Of a stretch of DNA of 64,000 bases, positions 13,801 to 29,000 are shown one piece after another. Position 1 is the first letter of the stretch; each line of letters starts with the position of its first letter. The notes beneath the pieces are model-generated. The model did not search any database. It worked only from the letters and a program-made list of their open reading frames with translations, and was not told the origin of the DNA. A program made the position numbers and the translations under genes. The stretch covers positions 17,174,001-17,238,000 of the forward strand of contig OZ059898.1 of assembly GCA_964057225.1 (NCBI GenBank). The letters are read 5' to 3'. This DNA comes from Auanema rhodensis (lineage: Eukaryota; Animalia; Nematoda).

Positions 13801-16800
13801 TGTATTAAGCGTTTCTCAATGTAGTATAGTGCATTCGATGCGGATTTTCAAACTGCGTCGATCTGTGTTATCAAATTTGCGCTAGCTTAAAAATGCACCG
13901 AGATATCAACTGGTATAAGTTCACACTTATATCCTCGATTTTCACCCTGAAGAAATGATTTTTTCGTTGAATAACATTGTCCATCGTCTTTGCCTTGAAA
14001 AAAGGAATCTAAAAACATCTACTTTTTGCTAAATTATTCTGAAATTTTTCGAAAAAATTTTTGTCAAAATGTTTTTGGAAGCAATGTTGAGTGTACATGG
14101 AAACTCAACATACACTAATGCATCATTTTTCAAACGATCATAACTAATTTTTGTATTAAGCGTTTCTCAATGTAGTATAGTGCTTTTGATGCGGATTTTT
14201 AAGCTGCGTCGATCTGTGTTATCAGATTTGCGCTAGCTTAAAAATGCACCGAGATATGAACTGATATAAGTTCACACTTATATCCTCGATTTTCACCCTG
14301 AAGAATTATTTTTTTCGTTGAATAACATTGTCCATCGTCTTTGCCTTAAAAAAGGAATCTAAAAACATCTACTTTTTGCTAAATTATTCTGAAATTTTTC
14401 GAAAAAATTTTTGTCAAAATGTTTTTGGAAGCAATGTTGAGTGTACATGGAAACTCAACATACACTAATGCATCATTTTTCAAACGATCATAACTAATTT
14501 TTGTATTAAGCGTTTCTCAATGTAGTATAGTGCATTCGATGCGGATTTTTAAACTGCGTCGATCTGTGTTATCAGATTTGCGCTAGCTTAAAAATGCACC
14601 GAGATATGAACTGATATAAGTTCACACTTATATCCTCGATTTTCACCCTGAAGAATTATTTTTTTCGTTGAATAACATTGTCCATCGTCTTTGCCTTGAA
14701 AAAAGGAATCTAAAGACATCTACTTTTTGCTAAATTATTCTGAAATTTTTCGAAAAAATTTTTGTCAAAATGTTTTTGGAAGCAATGTTGAGTGTACATG
14801 GAAACTCAACATACACTAATGCATCATTTTTCAAACGATCATAACTAATTTTTGTATTAAGCGTTTCTCAATATAGTATAGTGCATTCGATGCGGATTTT
14901 TAAACTGCGTCGATCTGTGTTATCAGATTTGCGCTAGCTTAAAAATGCACCGAGATATGAACTGATATAAGTTCACACTTATATCCTCGATTTTCACCCT
15001 GAAGAATTATTTTTTTCGTTGAATAACATTGTCCATCGTCTTTGCCTTGAAAAAAGGAATCTAAAGACATCTACTTTTTGCTAAATTATTCTGAAATTTT
15101 TCGAAAAAATTTTTGTCAAAATGTTTTTGGAAGCAATGTTGAGTGTACATGGAAACTCAACATACACTAATGCATCATTTTTCAAACGATCATAACTAAT
15201 TTTTGTATTAAGCGTTTCTCAATGTAGTATAGTGCATTCGATGCGGATTTTCAAACTGCGTCGATCTGTGTTATCAGATTTGCGCTAGCTTAAAAATGCA
15301 CCGAGATATCAACTGATATAAGTTCACACTTATATCCTCGATTTTCACCCTGAAGAATTATTTTTTTCGTTGAATAACATTGTCCATCGTCTTTGCCTTG
15401 AAAAAAGGAATCTAAAAACATCTACTTTTTGCTAAATTATTCTGAAATTTTTCGAAAAAATTTTTGTCAAAATGTTTTTGGAAGCAATGTTGAGTGTACA
15501 TGGAAACTCAACATACACTAATGCATCATTTTTCAAACGATCATAACTAATTTTTGTATTAAGCGTTTCTCAATGTAGTATAGTGCATTCGATGCGGATT
15601 TTTAAACTGCGTCGATCTGTGTTATCAGATTTGCGCTAGCTTAAAAATGCACCGAGATATGAACTGATATAAGTTCACACTTATATCCTCGATTTTCACC
15701 CTGAAGAATTATTTTTTTCGTTGAATAACATTGTCCATCGTCTTTGCCTTGAAAAAAGGAATCTAAAAACATCTACTTTTTGCTAAATTATTCTGAAATT
15801 TTTCGAAAAAATTTTTGTCAAAATGTTTTTGGAAGCAATGTTGAGTGTACATGGAAACTCAACATACACTAATGCATCATTTTTCAAACGATCATAACTA
15901 ATTTTTGTATTAAGCGTTTCTCAATGTAGTATAGTGCATTCGATGCGGATTTTTAAACTGCGTCGATCTGTGTTATCAGATTTGCGCTAGCTTAAAAATG
16001 CACCGAGATATGAACTGATATAAGTTCACACTTATATCCTCGATTTTCACCCTGAAGAATTATTTTTTTCGTTGAATAACATTGTCCATCGTCTTTGCCT
16101 TGAAAAAAGGAATCTAAAGACATCTACTTTTTGCTAAATTATTCTGAAATTTTTCGAAAAAATTTTTGTCAAAATGTTTTTGGAAGCAATGTTGAGTGTA
16201 CATGGAAACTCAACATACACTAATGCATCATTTTTCAAACGATCATAACTAATTTTTGTATTAAGCGTTTCTCAATGTAGTATAGTGCATTCGATGCGGA
16301 TTTTTAAACTGCGTCGATCTGTGTTATCAAATTTGCGCTAGCTTAAAAATGCACCGAGATATCAACTGGTATAAGTTCACACTTATATCCTCGATTTTCA
16401 CCCTGAAGAAATGATTTTTTCGTTGAATAACATTGTCCATCGTCTTTGCCTTAAAAAAAGGAATCTAAAAACATCTACTTTTTGCTAAATTATTCTGAAA
16501 TTTTTCGAAAAAATTTTTGTCAAAATGTTTTTGGAAGCAATGTTGAGTGTACATGGAAACTCAACATACACTAATGCATCATTTTTCAAACGATCATAAC
16601 TAATTTTTGTATTAAGCGTTTCTCAATGTAGTATAGTGCTTTTGATGCGGATTTTTAAGCTGCGTCGATCTGTGTTATCAGATTTGCGCTAGCTTAAAAA
16701 TGCACCGAGATATGAACTGATATAAGTTCACACTTATATCCTCGATTTTCACCCTGAAGAATTATTTTTTTCGTTGAATAACATTGTCCATCGTCTTTGC

Positions 16801-19651
16801 CTTGAAAAAAGGAATCTAAAGACATCTACTTTTTGCTAAATTATTCTGAAATTTTTCGAAAAAATTTTTGTCAAAATGTTTTTGGAAGCAATGTTGAGTG
16901 TACATGGAAACTCAACATACACTAATGCATCATTTTTCAAACGATCATAACTAATTTTTGTATTAAGCGTTTCTCAATGTAGTATAGTGCATTCGATGCG
17001 GATTTTTAAACTGCGTCGATCTGTGTTATCAAATTTGCGCTAGCTTAAAAATGCACCGAGATATCAACTGGTATAAGTTCACACTTATATCCTCGATTTT
17101 CACCCTGAAGAAATGATTTTTTCGTTGAATAACATTGTCCATCGTCTTTGCCTTGAAAAAAGGAATCTAAAAACATCTACTTTTTGCTAAATTATTCTGA
17201 AATTTTTCGAAAAAATTTTTGTCAAAATGTTTTTGGAAGCAATGTTGAGTGTACATGGAAACTCAACATACACTAATGCATCATTTTTCAAACGATCATA
17301 ACTAATTTTTGTATTAAGCGTTTCTCAATGTAGTATAGTGCTTTTGATGCGGATTTTTAAGCTGCGTCGATCTGTGTTATCAGATTTGCGCTAGCTTAAA
17401 AATGCACCGAGATATGAACTGATATAAGTTCACACTTATATCCTCGATTTTCACCCTGAAGAATTATTTTTTTCGTTGAATAACATTGTCCATCGTCTTT
17501 GCCTTAAAAAAGGAATCTAAAAACATCTACTTTTTGCTAAATTATTCTGAAATTTTTCGAAAAAATTTTTGTCAAAATGTTTTTGGAAGCAATGTTGAGT
17601 GTACATGGAAACTCAACATACACTAATGCATCATTTTTCAAACGATCATAACTAATTTTTGTATTAAGCGTTTCTCAATGTAGTATAGTGCATTCGATGC
17701 GGATTTTTAAACTGCGTCGATCTGTGTTATCACATTTGCGCTAGCTTAAAAATGCACCGAGATATGAACTGATATAAGTTCACACTTATATCCTCGATTT
17801 TCACCCTGAAGAAATAATTTTTTCGTTGAATAACATTGTCCATCGTCTTTGCCTTGAAAAAAGGAATCTAAAAACATCTACTTTTTGCTAAATTATTCTG
17901 AAATTTTTCGAAAAAATTTTTGTCAAAATGTTTTTGGAAGCAATTTTGAGTGTACATGGAAACTCAACATACACTAATGCATCATTTTTCAAACGATCAT
18001 AACTAATTTTTGTATTAAGCGTTTCTCAATGTAGTATAGTGCATTCGATGCGGATTTTTAAACTGCGTCGATCTGTGTTATCAGATTTGCGCTAGCTTAA
18101 AAATGCACCGAGATATGAACTGATATAAGTTCACACTTATATCCTCGATTTTCACCCTGAAGAATTATTTTTTTCGTTGAATAACATTGTCCATCGTCTT
18201 TGCCTTGAAAAAAGGAATCTAAAGACATCTACTTTTTGCTAAATTATTCTGAAATTTTTCGAAAAAATTTTTGTCAAAATGTTTTTGGAAGCAATGTTGA
18301 GTGTACATGGAAACTCAACATACACTAATGCATCATTTTTCAAACGATCATAACTAATTTTTGTATTAAGCGTTTCTCAATGTAGTATAGTGCATTCGAT
18401 GCGGATTTTTAAACTGCGTCGATCTGTGTTATCAAATTTGCGCTAGCTTAAAAATGCACCGAGATATCAACTGGTATAAGTTCACACTTATATCCTCGAT
18501 TTTCACCCTGAAGAAATGATTTTTTCGTTGAATAACATTGTCCATCGTCTTTGCCTTGAAAAAAGGAATCTAAAAACATCTACTTTTTGCTAAATTATTC
18601 TGAAATTTTTCGAAAAAATTTTTGTCAAAATGTTTTTGGAAGCAATGTTGAGTGTACATGGAAACTCAACATACACTAATGCATCATTTTTCAAACGATC
18701 ATAACTAATTTTTGTATTAAGCGTTTCTCAATGTAGTATAGTGCATTCGATGCGGATTTTCAAACTGCGTCGATCTGTGTTATCAAATTTGCGCTAGCTT
18801 AAAAATGCACCGAGATATCAACTGGTATAAGTTCACACTTATATCCTCGATTTTCACCCTGAAGAAATGATTTTTTCGTTGAATAACATTGTCCATCGTC
18901 TTTGCCTTGAAAAAAGGAATCTAAAAACATCTACTTTTTGCTAAATTATTCTGAAATTTTTCGAAAAAATTTTTGTCAAAATGTTTTTGGAAGCAATGTT
19001 GAGTGTACATGGAAACTCAACATACACTAATGCATCATTTTTCAAACGATCATAACTAATTTTTGTATTAAGCGTTTCTCAATGTAGTATAGTGCTTTTG
19101 ATGCGGATTTTTAAGCTGCGTCGATCTGTGTTATCAGATTTGCGCTAGCTTAAAAATGCACCGAGATATGAACTGATATAAGTTCACACTTATATCCTCG
19201 ATTTTCACCCTGAAGAATTATTTTTTTCGTTGAATAACATTGTCCATCGTCTTTGCCTTAAAAAAGGAATCTAAAAACATCTACTTTTTGCTAAATTATT
19301 CTGAAATTTTTCGAAAAAATTTTTGTCAAAATGTTTTTGGAAGCAATGTTGAGTGTACATGGAAACTCAACATACACTAATGCATCATTTTTCAAACGAT
19401 CATAACTAATTTTTGTATTAAGCGTTTCTCAATGTAGTATAGTGCATTCGATGCGGATTTTTAAACTGCGTCGATCTGTGTTATCAGATTTGCGCTAGCT
19501 TAAAAATGCACCGAGATATGAACTGATATAAGTTCACACTTATATCCTCGATTTTCACCCTGAAGAATTATTTTTTTCGTTGAATAACATTGTCCATCGT
19601 CTTTGCCTTGAAAAAAGGAATCTAAAGACATCTACTTTTTGCTAAATTATT
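10881..19651. repeat. 11-monomer block duplication, 10881-14739 vs 15793-19651 (offset 4912 bp = 14 monomers minus 2 bp)
   Basis: The same order of variants recurs, including TCACATTTG at 12821 and 17733 and two 350-bp monomers in each copy. Confidence 0.85.
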
Positions 19652-20002
19652 CTGAAATTTTTCGAAAAAATTTTTGTCAAAATGTTTTTGGAAGCAATGT
19701 TGAGTGTACATGGAAACTCAACATACACTAATGCATCATTTTTCAAACGATCATAACTAATTTTTGTATTAAGCGTTTCTCAATGTAGTATAGTGCATTC
19801 GATGCGGATTTTCAAACTGCGTCGATCTGTGTTATCAGATTTGCGCTAGCTTAAAAATGCACCGAGATATCAACTGATATAAGTTCACACTTATATCCTC
19901 GATTTTCACCCTGAAGAATTATTTTTTTCGTTGAATAACATTGTCCATCGTCTTTGCCTTGAAAAAAGGAATCTAAAAACATCTACTTTTTGCTAAATTA
20001 TT

Positions 20003-23000
20003 CTGAAATTTTTCGAAAAAATTTTTGTCAAAATGTTTTTGGAAGCAATGTTGAGTGTACATGGAAACTCAACATACACTAATGCATCATTTTTCAAACG
20101 ATCATAACTAATTTTTGTATTAAGCGTTTCTCAATGTAGTATAGTGCATTTGATGCGGATTTTTAAGCTGCGTCGATCTGTGTTATCAGATTTGCGCTAG
20201 CTTAAAAATGCACCGAGATATCAACTGATATAAGTTTACACTTATATCCTCGATTTTCACCCTGAAGAATTAATTTTTTCGTTGAATAACAATGTCCATC
20301 GTCTTTGCCTTGAAAAACTAAATCTGAAAACATCTACTTTTTGCTAAATTATTTTGAAATTTTTCGAAAAAATTTTTGTCAAAATGTTTTTGGAAGCAAT
20401 GTTGAGTGTACATGGAAACTCAACATACACTAATGCATCATTTTTCAAACGATCATAACTAATTTTTGTATTAAGCGTTTCTCAATATAGTATAGTGCAT
20501 TTGATGCGGATTTTTAAGCTGCGTCGATCTGTGTTATCAGATTTGCGCTAGCTTAAAAATGCACCGAGATATCAACTGATATAAGTTTACACTTATATCC
20601 TCGATTTTCACCCTGAAGAATTAATTTTTTCGTTGAATAACAATGTCCATCGTCTTTGCCTTGAAAAACTAAATCTGAAAACATCTACTTTTTGCTAAAT
20701 TATTTTGAAATTTTTCGAAAAAATTTTTGTCAAAATGTTTTTGGAAGCAATTTTGAGTGTACATGGAAACTCAACATACACTAATGCATCATTTTTCAAA
20801 CGATCATAACTAATTTTTGTATTAAGCGTTTCTCAATGTAGTATAGTGCTTTTGATGCGGATTTTTAAGCTGCGTCGATCTGTGTTATCAGATTTGCGCT
20901 AGCTTAAAAATGCACCGAGATTTCAACTGATATAAGTTTACACTTATATCCTCGATTTTCACCCTGAAGAATTAATTTTTTCGTTGAATAACATTGTCCA
21001 TCGTCTTTGCCTTGAAAAAAGGAATCTAAAAACATCTACTTTTTGCTAAATTATTCTGAAATTTTTCGAAAAAATTTTTGTCAAAATGTTTTTGGAAGCA
21101 ATTTTGAGTGTACATGGAAACTCAACATACACTAATGCATCATTTTTCAAACGATCATAACTAATTTTTGTATTAAGCGTTTCTCAATGTAGTATAGTGC
21201 TTTTGATGCGGATTTTTAAGCTGCGTCGATCTGTGTTATCAGATTTGCGCTAGCTTAAAAATGCACCGAGATATGAACTGATATAAGTTCACACTTATAT
21301 CCTCGATTTTCACCCTGAAGAATTATTTTTTTCGTTGAATAACATTGTCCATCGTCTTTGCCTTAAAAAAAGGAATCTAAAAACATCTACTTTTTGCTAA
21401 ATTATTCTGAAATTTTTCGAAAAAATTTTTGTCAAAATGTTTTTGGAAGCAATGTTGAGTGTACATGGAAACTCAACATACACTAATGCATCATTTTTCA
21501 AACGATCATAACTAATTTTTGTAATAAGCGTTTCTCAATGTAGTATAGTGCATTCGATGCGGATTTTTAAACTGCGTCGATCTGTGTTATCAGATTTGCG
21601 CTAGCTTAAAAATGCACCGAGATATCAACTGATATAAGTTCACACTTATATCCTCGATTTTCACCCTGAAGAATTATTTTTTTCGTTGAATAACATTGTC
21701 CATCGTCTTTGCCTTGAAAAAAGGAATCTAAAAACATCTACTTTTTGCTAAATTATTCTGAAATTTTTCGAAAAAATTTTTGTCAAAATGTTTTTGGAAG
21801 CAATGTTGAGTGTACATGGAAACTCAACATACACTAATGCATCATTTTTCAAACGATCATAACTAATTTTTGTATTAAGCGTTTCTCAATGTAGTATAGT
21901 GCATTCGATGCGGATTTTTAAACTGCGTCGATCTGTGTTATCAGATTTGCGCTAGCTTAAAAATGCACCGAGATATCAACTGATATAAGTTCACACTTAT
22001 ATCCTCGATTTTCACCCTGAAGAATTATTTTTTTCGTTGAATAACATTGTCCATCGTCTTTGCCTTGAAAAAAGGAACCTAAAAACATCTACTTTTTGCT
22101 AAATTATTCTGAAATTTTTCGAAAAAATTTTTGTCAAAATGTTTTTGGAAGCAATGTTGAGTGTACATGGAAACTCAACATACACTAATGCATCATTTTT
22201 CAAACGATCATAACTAATTTTTGTATTAAGCGTTTCTCAATGTAGTATAGTGCATTCGATGCGGATTTTTAAGCTGCGTCGATCTGTGTTATCAGATTTG
22301 CGCTAGCTTAAAAATGCACCGAGATATCAACTAATATAAGTTCACACTTATATCCTCGATTTTCACCCTGAAGAATTAATTTTTTCGTTGAATAACAATG
22401 TCCATCGTCTTTGCCTTGAAAAACTAAATCTGAAAACATCTACTTTTTGCTAAATTATTTTGAAATTTTTCGAAAAAATTTTTGTCAAAATGTTTTTGGA
22501 AGCAATGTTGAGTGTACATGGAAACTCAACATACACTAATGCATCATTTTTCAAACGATCATAACTAATTTTTGTATTAAGCGTTTCTCAATATAGTATA
22601 GTGCATTTGATGCGGATTTTTAAGCTGCGTCGATCTGTGTTATCAGATTTGCGCTAGCTTAAAAATGCACCGAGATATCAACTGATATAAGTTTACACTT
22701 ATATCCTCGATTTTCACCCTGAAGAATTAATTTTTTCGTTGAATAACAATGTCCATCGTCTTTGCCTTGAAAAACTAAATCTGAAAACATCTACTTTTTG
22801 CTAAATTATTTTGAAATTTTTCGAAAAAATTTTTGTCAAAATGTTTTTGGAAGCAATTTTGAGTGTACATGGAAACTCAACATACACTAATGCATCATTT
22901 TTCAAACGATCATAACTAATTTTTGTATTAAGCGTTTCTCAATGTAGTATAGTGCTTTTGATGCGGATTTTTAAGCTGCGTCGATCTGTGTTATCAGATT

Positions 23001-26000
23001 TGCGCTAGCTTAAAAATGCACCGAGATTTCAACTGATATAAGTTTACACTTATATCCTCGATTTTCACCCTGAAGAATTAATTTTTTCGTTGAATAACAT
23101 TGTCCATCGTCTTTGCCTTGAAAAAAGGAATCTAAAAACATCTACTTTTTGCTAAATTATTCTGAAATTTTTCGAAAAAATTTTTGTCAAAATGTTTTTG
23201 GAAGCAATTTTGAGTGTACATGGAAACTCAACATACACTAATGCATCATTTTTCAAACGATCATAACTAATTTTTGTATTAAGCGTTTCTCAATGTAGTA
23301 TAGTGCTTTTGATGCGGATTTTTAAGCTGCGTCGATCTGTGTTATCAGATTTGCGCTAGCTTAAAAATGCACCGAGATATGAACTGATATAAGTTCACAC
23401 TTATATCCTCGATTTTCACCCTGAAGAATTATTTTTTTCGTTGAATAACATTGTCCATCGTCTTTGCCTCAAAAAAAGGAATCTAAAAACATCTACTTTT
23501 TGCTAAATTATTCTGAAATTTTTCGAAAAAATTTTTGTCAAAATGTTTTTGGAAGCAATGTTGAGTGTACATGGAAACTTAACATACACTAATGCATCAT
23601 TTTTCAAACGATCATAACTAATTTTTGTAATAAGCGTTTCTCAATGTAGTATAGTGCATTCGATGCGGATTTTTAAACTGCGTCGATCTGTGTTATCAGA
23701 TTTGCGCTAGCTTAAAAATGCACCGAGATATCAACTGATATAAGTTCACACTTATATCCTCGATTTTCACCCTGAAGAATTATTTTTTTCGTTGAATAAC
23801 ATTGTCCATCGTCTTTGCCTTGAAAAAAGGAATCTAAAAACATCTACTTTTTGCTAAATTATTCTGAAATTTTTCGAAAAAATTTTTGTCAAAATGTTTT
23901 TGGAAGCAATGTTGAGTGTACATGGAAACTCAACATACACTAATGCATCATTTTTCAAACGATCATAACTAATTTTTGTATTAAGCGTTTCTCAATGTAG
24001 TATAGTGCATTCGATGCGGATTTTTAAACTGCGTCGATCTGTGTTATCAAATTTGCGCTAGCTTAAAAATGCACCGAGATATCAACTGGTATAAGTTCAC
24101 ACTTATATCCTCGATTTTCACCCTGAAGAAATGATTTTTTCGTTGAATAACATTGTCCATCGTCTTTGCCTTGAAAAAAGGAATCTAAAAACATCTACTT
24201 TTTGCTAAATTATTCTGAAATTTTTCGAAAAAATTTTTGTCAAAATGTTTTTGGAAGCAATGTTGAGTGTACATGGAAACTCAACATACACTAATGCATC
24301 ATTTTTCAAACGATCATAACTAATTTTTGTATTAAGCGTTTCTCAATGTAGTATAGTGCATTCGATGCGGATTTTCAAACTGCGTCGATCTGTGTTATCA
24401 AATTTGCGCTAGCTTAAAAATGCACCGAGATATCAACTGGTATAAGTTCACACTTATATCCTCGATTTTCACCCTGAAGAAATGATTTTTTCGTTGAATA
24501 ACATTGTCCATCGTCTTTGCCTTGAAAAAAGGAATCTAAAAACATCTACTTTTTGCTAAATTATTCTGAAATTTTTCGAAAAAATTTTTGTCAAAATGTT
24601 TTTGGAAGCAATGTTGAGTGTACATGGAAACTCAACATACACTAATGCATCATTTTTCAAACGATCATAACTAATTTTTGTATTAAGCGTTTCTCAATGT
24701 AGTATAGTGCTTTTGATGCGGATTTTTAAGCTGCGTCGATCTGTGTTATCAGATTTGCGCTAGCTTAAAAATGCACCGAGATATGAACTGATATAAGTTC
24801 ACACTTATATCCTCGATTTTCACCCTGAAGAATTATTTTTTTCGTTGAATAACATTGTCCATCGTCTTTGCCTTAAAAAAGGAATCTAAAAACATCTACT
24901 TTTTGCTAAATTATTCTGAAATTTTTCGAAAAAATTTTTGTCAAAATGTTTTTGGAAGCAATGTTGAGTGTACATGGAAACTCAACATACACTAATGCAT
25001 CATTTTTCAAACGATCATAACTAATTTTTGTATTAAGCGTTTCTCAATGTAGTATAGTGCATTCGATGCGGATTTTTAAACTGCGTCGATCTGTGTTATC
25101 AGATTTGCGCTAGCTTAAAAATGCACCGAGATATGAACTGATATAAGTTCACACTTATATCCTCGATTTTCACCCTGAAGAATTATTTTTTTCGTTGAAT
25201 AACATTGTCCATCGTCTTTGCCTTGAAAAAAGGAATCTAAAGACATCTACTTTTTGCTAAATTATTCTGAAATTTTTCGAAAAAATTTTTGTCAAAATGT
25301 TTTTGGAAGCAATGTTGAGTGTACATGGAAACTCAACATACACTAATGCATCATTTTTCAAACGATCATAACTAATTTTTGTATTAAGCGTTTCTCAATG
25401 TAGTATAGTGCATTCGATGCGGATTTTCAAACTGCGTCGATCTGTGTTATCAGATTTGCGCTAGCTTAAAAATGCACCGAGATATCAACTGATATAAGTT
25501 CACACTTATATCCTCGATTTTCACCCTGAAGAATTATTTTTTTCGTTGAATAACATTGTCCATCGTCTTTGCCTTGAAAAAAGGAATCTAAAAACATCTA
25601 CTTTTTGCTAAATTATTCTGAAATTTTTCGAAAAAATTTTTGTCAAAATGTTTTTGGAAGCAATGTTGAGTGTACATGGAAACTCAACATACACTAATGC
25701 ATCATTTTTCAAACGATCATAACTAATTTTTGTATTAAGCGTTTCTCAATGTAGTATAGTGCATTTGATGCGGATTTTTAAGCTGCGTCGATCTGTGTTA
25801 TCAGATTTGCGCTAGCTTAAAAATGCACCGAGATATCAACTGATATAAGTTTACACTTATATCCTCGATTTTCACCCTGAAGAATTAATTTTTTCGTTGA
25901 ATAACAATGTCCATCGTCTTTGCCTTGAAAAACTAAATCTGAAAACATCTACTTTTTGCTAAATTATTTTGAAATTTTTCGAAAAAATTTTTGTCAAAAT

Positions 26001-29000
26001 GTTTTTGGAAGCAATGTTGAGTGTACATGGAAACTCAACATACACTAATGCATCATTTTTCAAACGATCATAACTAATTTTTGTATTAAGCGTTTCTCAA
26101 TATAGTATAGTGCATTTGATGCGGATTTTTAAGCTGCGTCGATCTGTGTTATCAGATTTGCGCTAGCTTAAAAATGCACCGAGATATCAACTGATATAAG
26201 TTTACACTTATATCCTCGATTTTCACCCTGAAGAATTAATTTTTTCGTTGAATAACAATGTCCATCGTCTTTGCCTTGAAAAACTAAATCTGAAAACATC
26301 TACTTTTTGCTAAATTATTTTGAAATTTTTCGAAAAAATTTTTGTCAAAATGTTTTTGGAAGCAATTTTGAGTGTACATGGAAACTCAACATACACTAAT
26401 GCATCATTTTTCAAACGATCATAACTAATTTTTGTATTAAGCGTTTCTCAATGTAGTATAGTGCTTTTGATGCGGATTTTTAAGCTGCGTCGATCTGTGT
26501 TATCAGATTTGCGCTAGCTTAAAAATGCACCGAGATTTCAACTGATATAAGTTTACACTTATATCCTCGATTTTCACCCTGAAGAATTAATTTTTTCGTT
26601 GAATAACATTGTCCATCGTCTTTGCCTTGAAAAAAGGAATCTAAAAACATCTACTTTTTGCTAAATTATTCTGAAATTTTTCGAAAAAATTTTTGTCAAA
26701 ATGTTTTTGGAAGCAATTTTGAGTGTACATGGAAACTCAACATACACTAATGCATCATTTTTCAAACGATCATAACTAATTTTTGTATTAAGCGTTTCTC
26801 AATGTAGTATAGTGCTTTTGATGCGGATTTTTAAGCTGCGTCGATCTGTGTTATCAGATTTGCGCTAGCTTAAAAATGCACCGAGATATGAACTGATATA
26901 AGTTCACACTTATATCCTCGATTTTCACCCTGAAGAATTATTTTTTTCGTTGAATAACATTGTCCATCGTCTTTGCCTTGAAAAAAGGAATCTAAAAACA
27001 TCTACTTTTTGCTAAATTATTCTGAAATTTTTCGAAAAAATTTTTGTCAAAATGTTTTTGGAAGCAATGTTGAGTGTACATGGAAACTCAACATACACTA
27101 ATGCATCATTTTTCAAACGATCATAACTAATTTTTGTATTAAGCGTTTCTCAATGTAGTATAGTGCATTTGATGCGGATTTTTAAGCTGCGTCGATCTGT
27201 GTTATCAGATTTGCGCTAGCTTAAAAATGCACCGAGATATCAACTGATATAAGTTTACACTTATATCCTCGATTTTCACCCTGAAGAATTAATTTTTTCG
27301 TTGAATAACAATGTCCATCGTCTTTGCCTTGAAAAACTAAATCTGAAAACATCTACTTTTTGCTAAATTATTTTGAAATTTTTCGAAAAAATTTTTGTCA
27401 AAATGTTTTTGGAAGCAATGTTGAGTGTACATGGAAACTCAACATACACTAATGCATCATTTTTCAAACGATCATAACTAATTTTTGTATTAAGCGTTTC
27501 TCAATATAGTATAGTGCATTTGATGCGGATTTTTAAGCTGCGTCGATCTGTGTTATCAGATTTGCGCTAGCTTAAAAATGCACCGAGATATCAACTGATA
27601 TAAGTTTACACTTATATCCTCGATTTTCACCCTGAAGAATTAATTTTTTCGTTGAATAACAATGTCCATCGTCTTTGCCTTGAAAAACTAAATCTGAAAA
27701 CATCTACTTTTTGCTAAATTATTTTGAAATTTTTCGAAAAAATTTTTGTCAAAATGTTTTTGGAAGCAATTTTGAGTGTACATGGAAACTCAACATACAC
27801 TAATGCATCATTTTTCAAACGATCATAACTAATTTTTGTATTAAGCGTTTCTCAATGTAGTATAGTGCTTTTGATGCGGATTTTTAAGCTGCGTCGATCT
27901 GTGTTATCAGATTTGCGCTAGCTTAAAAATGCACCGAGATTTCAACTGATATAAGTTTACACTTATATCCTCGATTTTCACCCTGAAGAATTAATTTTTT
28001 CGTTGAATAACATTGTCCATCGTCTTTGCCTTGAAAAAAGGAATCTAAAAACATCTACTTTTTGCTAAATTATTCTGAAATTTTTCGAAAAAATTTTTGT
28101 CAAAATGTTTTTGGAAGCAATTTTGAGTGTACATGGAAACTCAACATACACTAATGCATCATTTTTCAAACGATCATAACTAATTTTTGTATTAAGCGTT
28201 TCTCAATGTAGTATAGTGCTTTTGATGCGGATTTTTAAGCTGCGTCGATCTGTGTTATCAGATTTGCGCTAGCTTAAAAATGCACCGAGATATGAACTGA
28301 TATAAGTTCACACTTATATCCTCGATTTTCACCCTGAAGAATTATTTTTTTCGTTGAATAACATTGTCCATCGTCTTTGCCTTAAAAAAAGGAATCTAAA
28401 AACATCTACTTTTTGCTAAATTATTCTGAAATTTTTCGAAAAAATTTTTGTCAAAATGTTTTTGGAAGCAATGTTGAGTGTACATGGAAACTCAACATAC
28501 ACTAATGCATCATTTTTCAAACGATCATAACTAATTTTTGTAATAAGCGTTTCTCAATGTAGTATAGTGCATTCGATGCGGATTTTTAAACTGCGTCGAT
28601 CTGTGTTATCAGATTTGCGCTAGCTTAAAAATGCACCGAGATATCAACTGATATAAGTTCACACTTATATCCTCGATTTTCACCCTGAAGAATTATTTTT
28701 TTCGTTGAATAACATTGTCCATCGTCTTTGCCTTGAAAAAAGGAATCTAAAAACATCTACTTTTTGCTAAATTATTCTGAAATTTTTCGAAAAAATTTTT
28801 GTCAAAATGTTTTTGGAAGCAATGTTGAGTGTACATGGAAACTCAACATACACTAATGCATCATTTTTCAAACGATCATAACTAATTTTTGTATTAAGCG
28901 TTTCTCAATGTAGTATAGTGCATTCGATGCGGATTTTTAAACTGCGTCGATCTGTGTTATCAGATTTGCGCTAGCTTAAAAATGCACCGAGATATCAACT

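Larger units (their letters stand above)
1..20002. repeat. Sub-domain A (monomers 1-57): irregular mixture of variants with local duplications
   Basis: Enriched for AAACTGC, CAAATTTG+CTGGTA, GAAATGAT and TAAAGAC alleles. It lacks the AAAAACTAAATCTG variant. Confidence 0.8.
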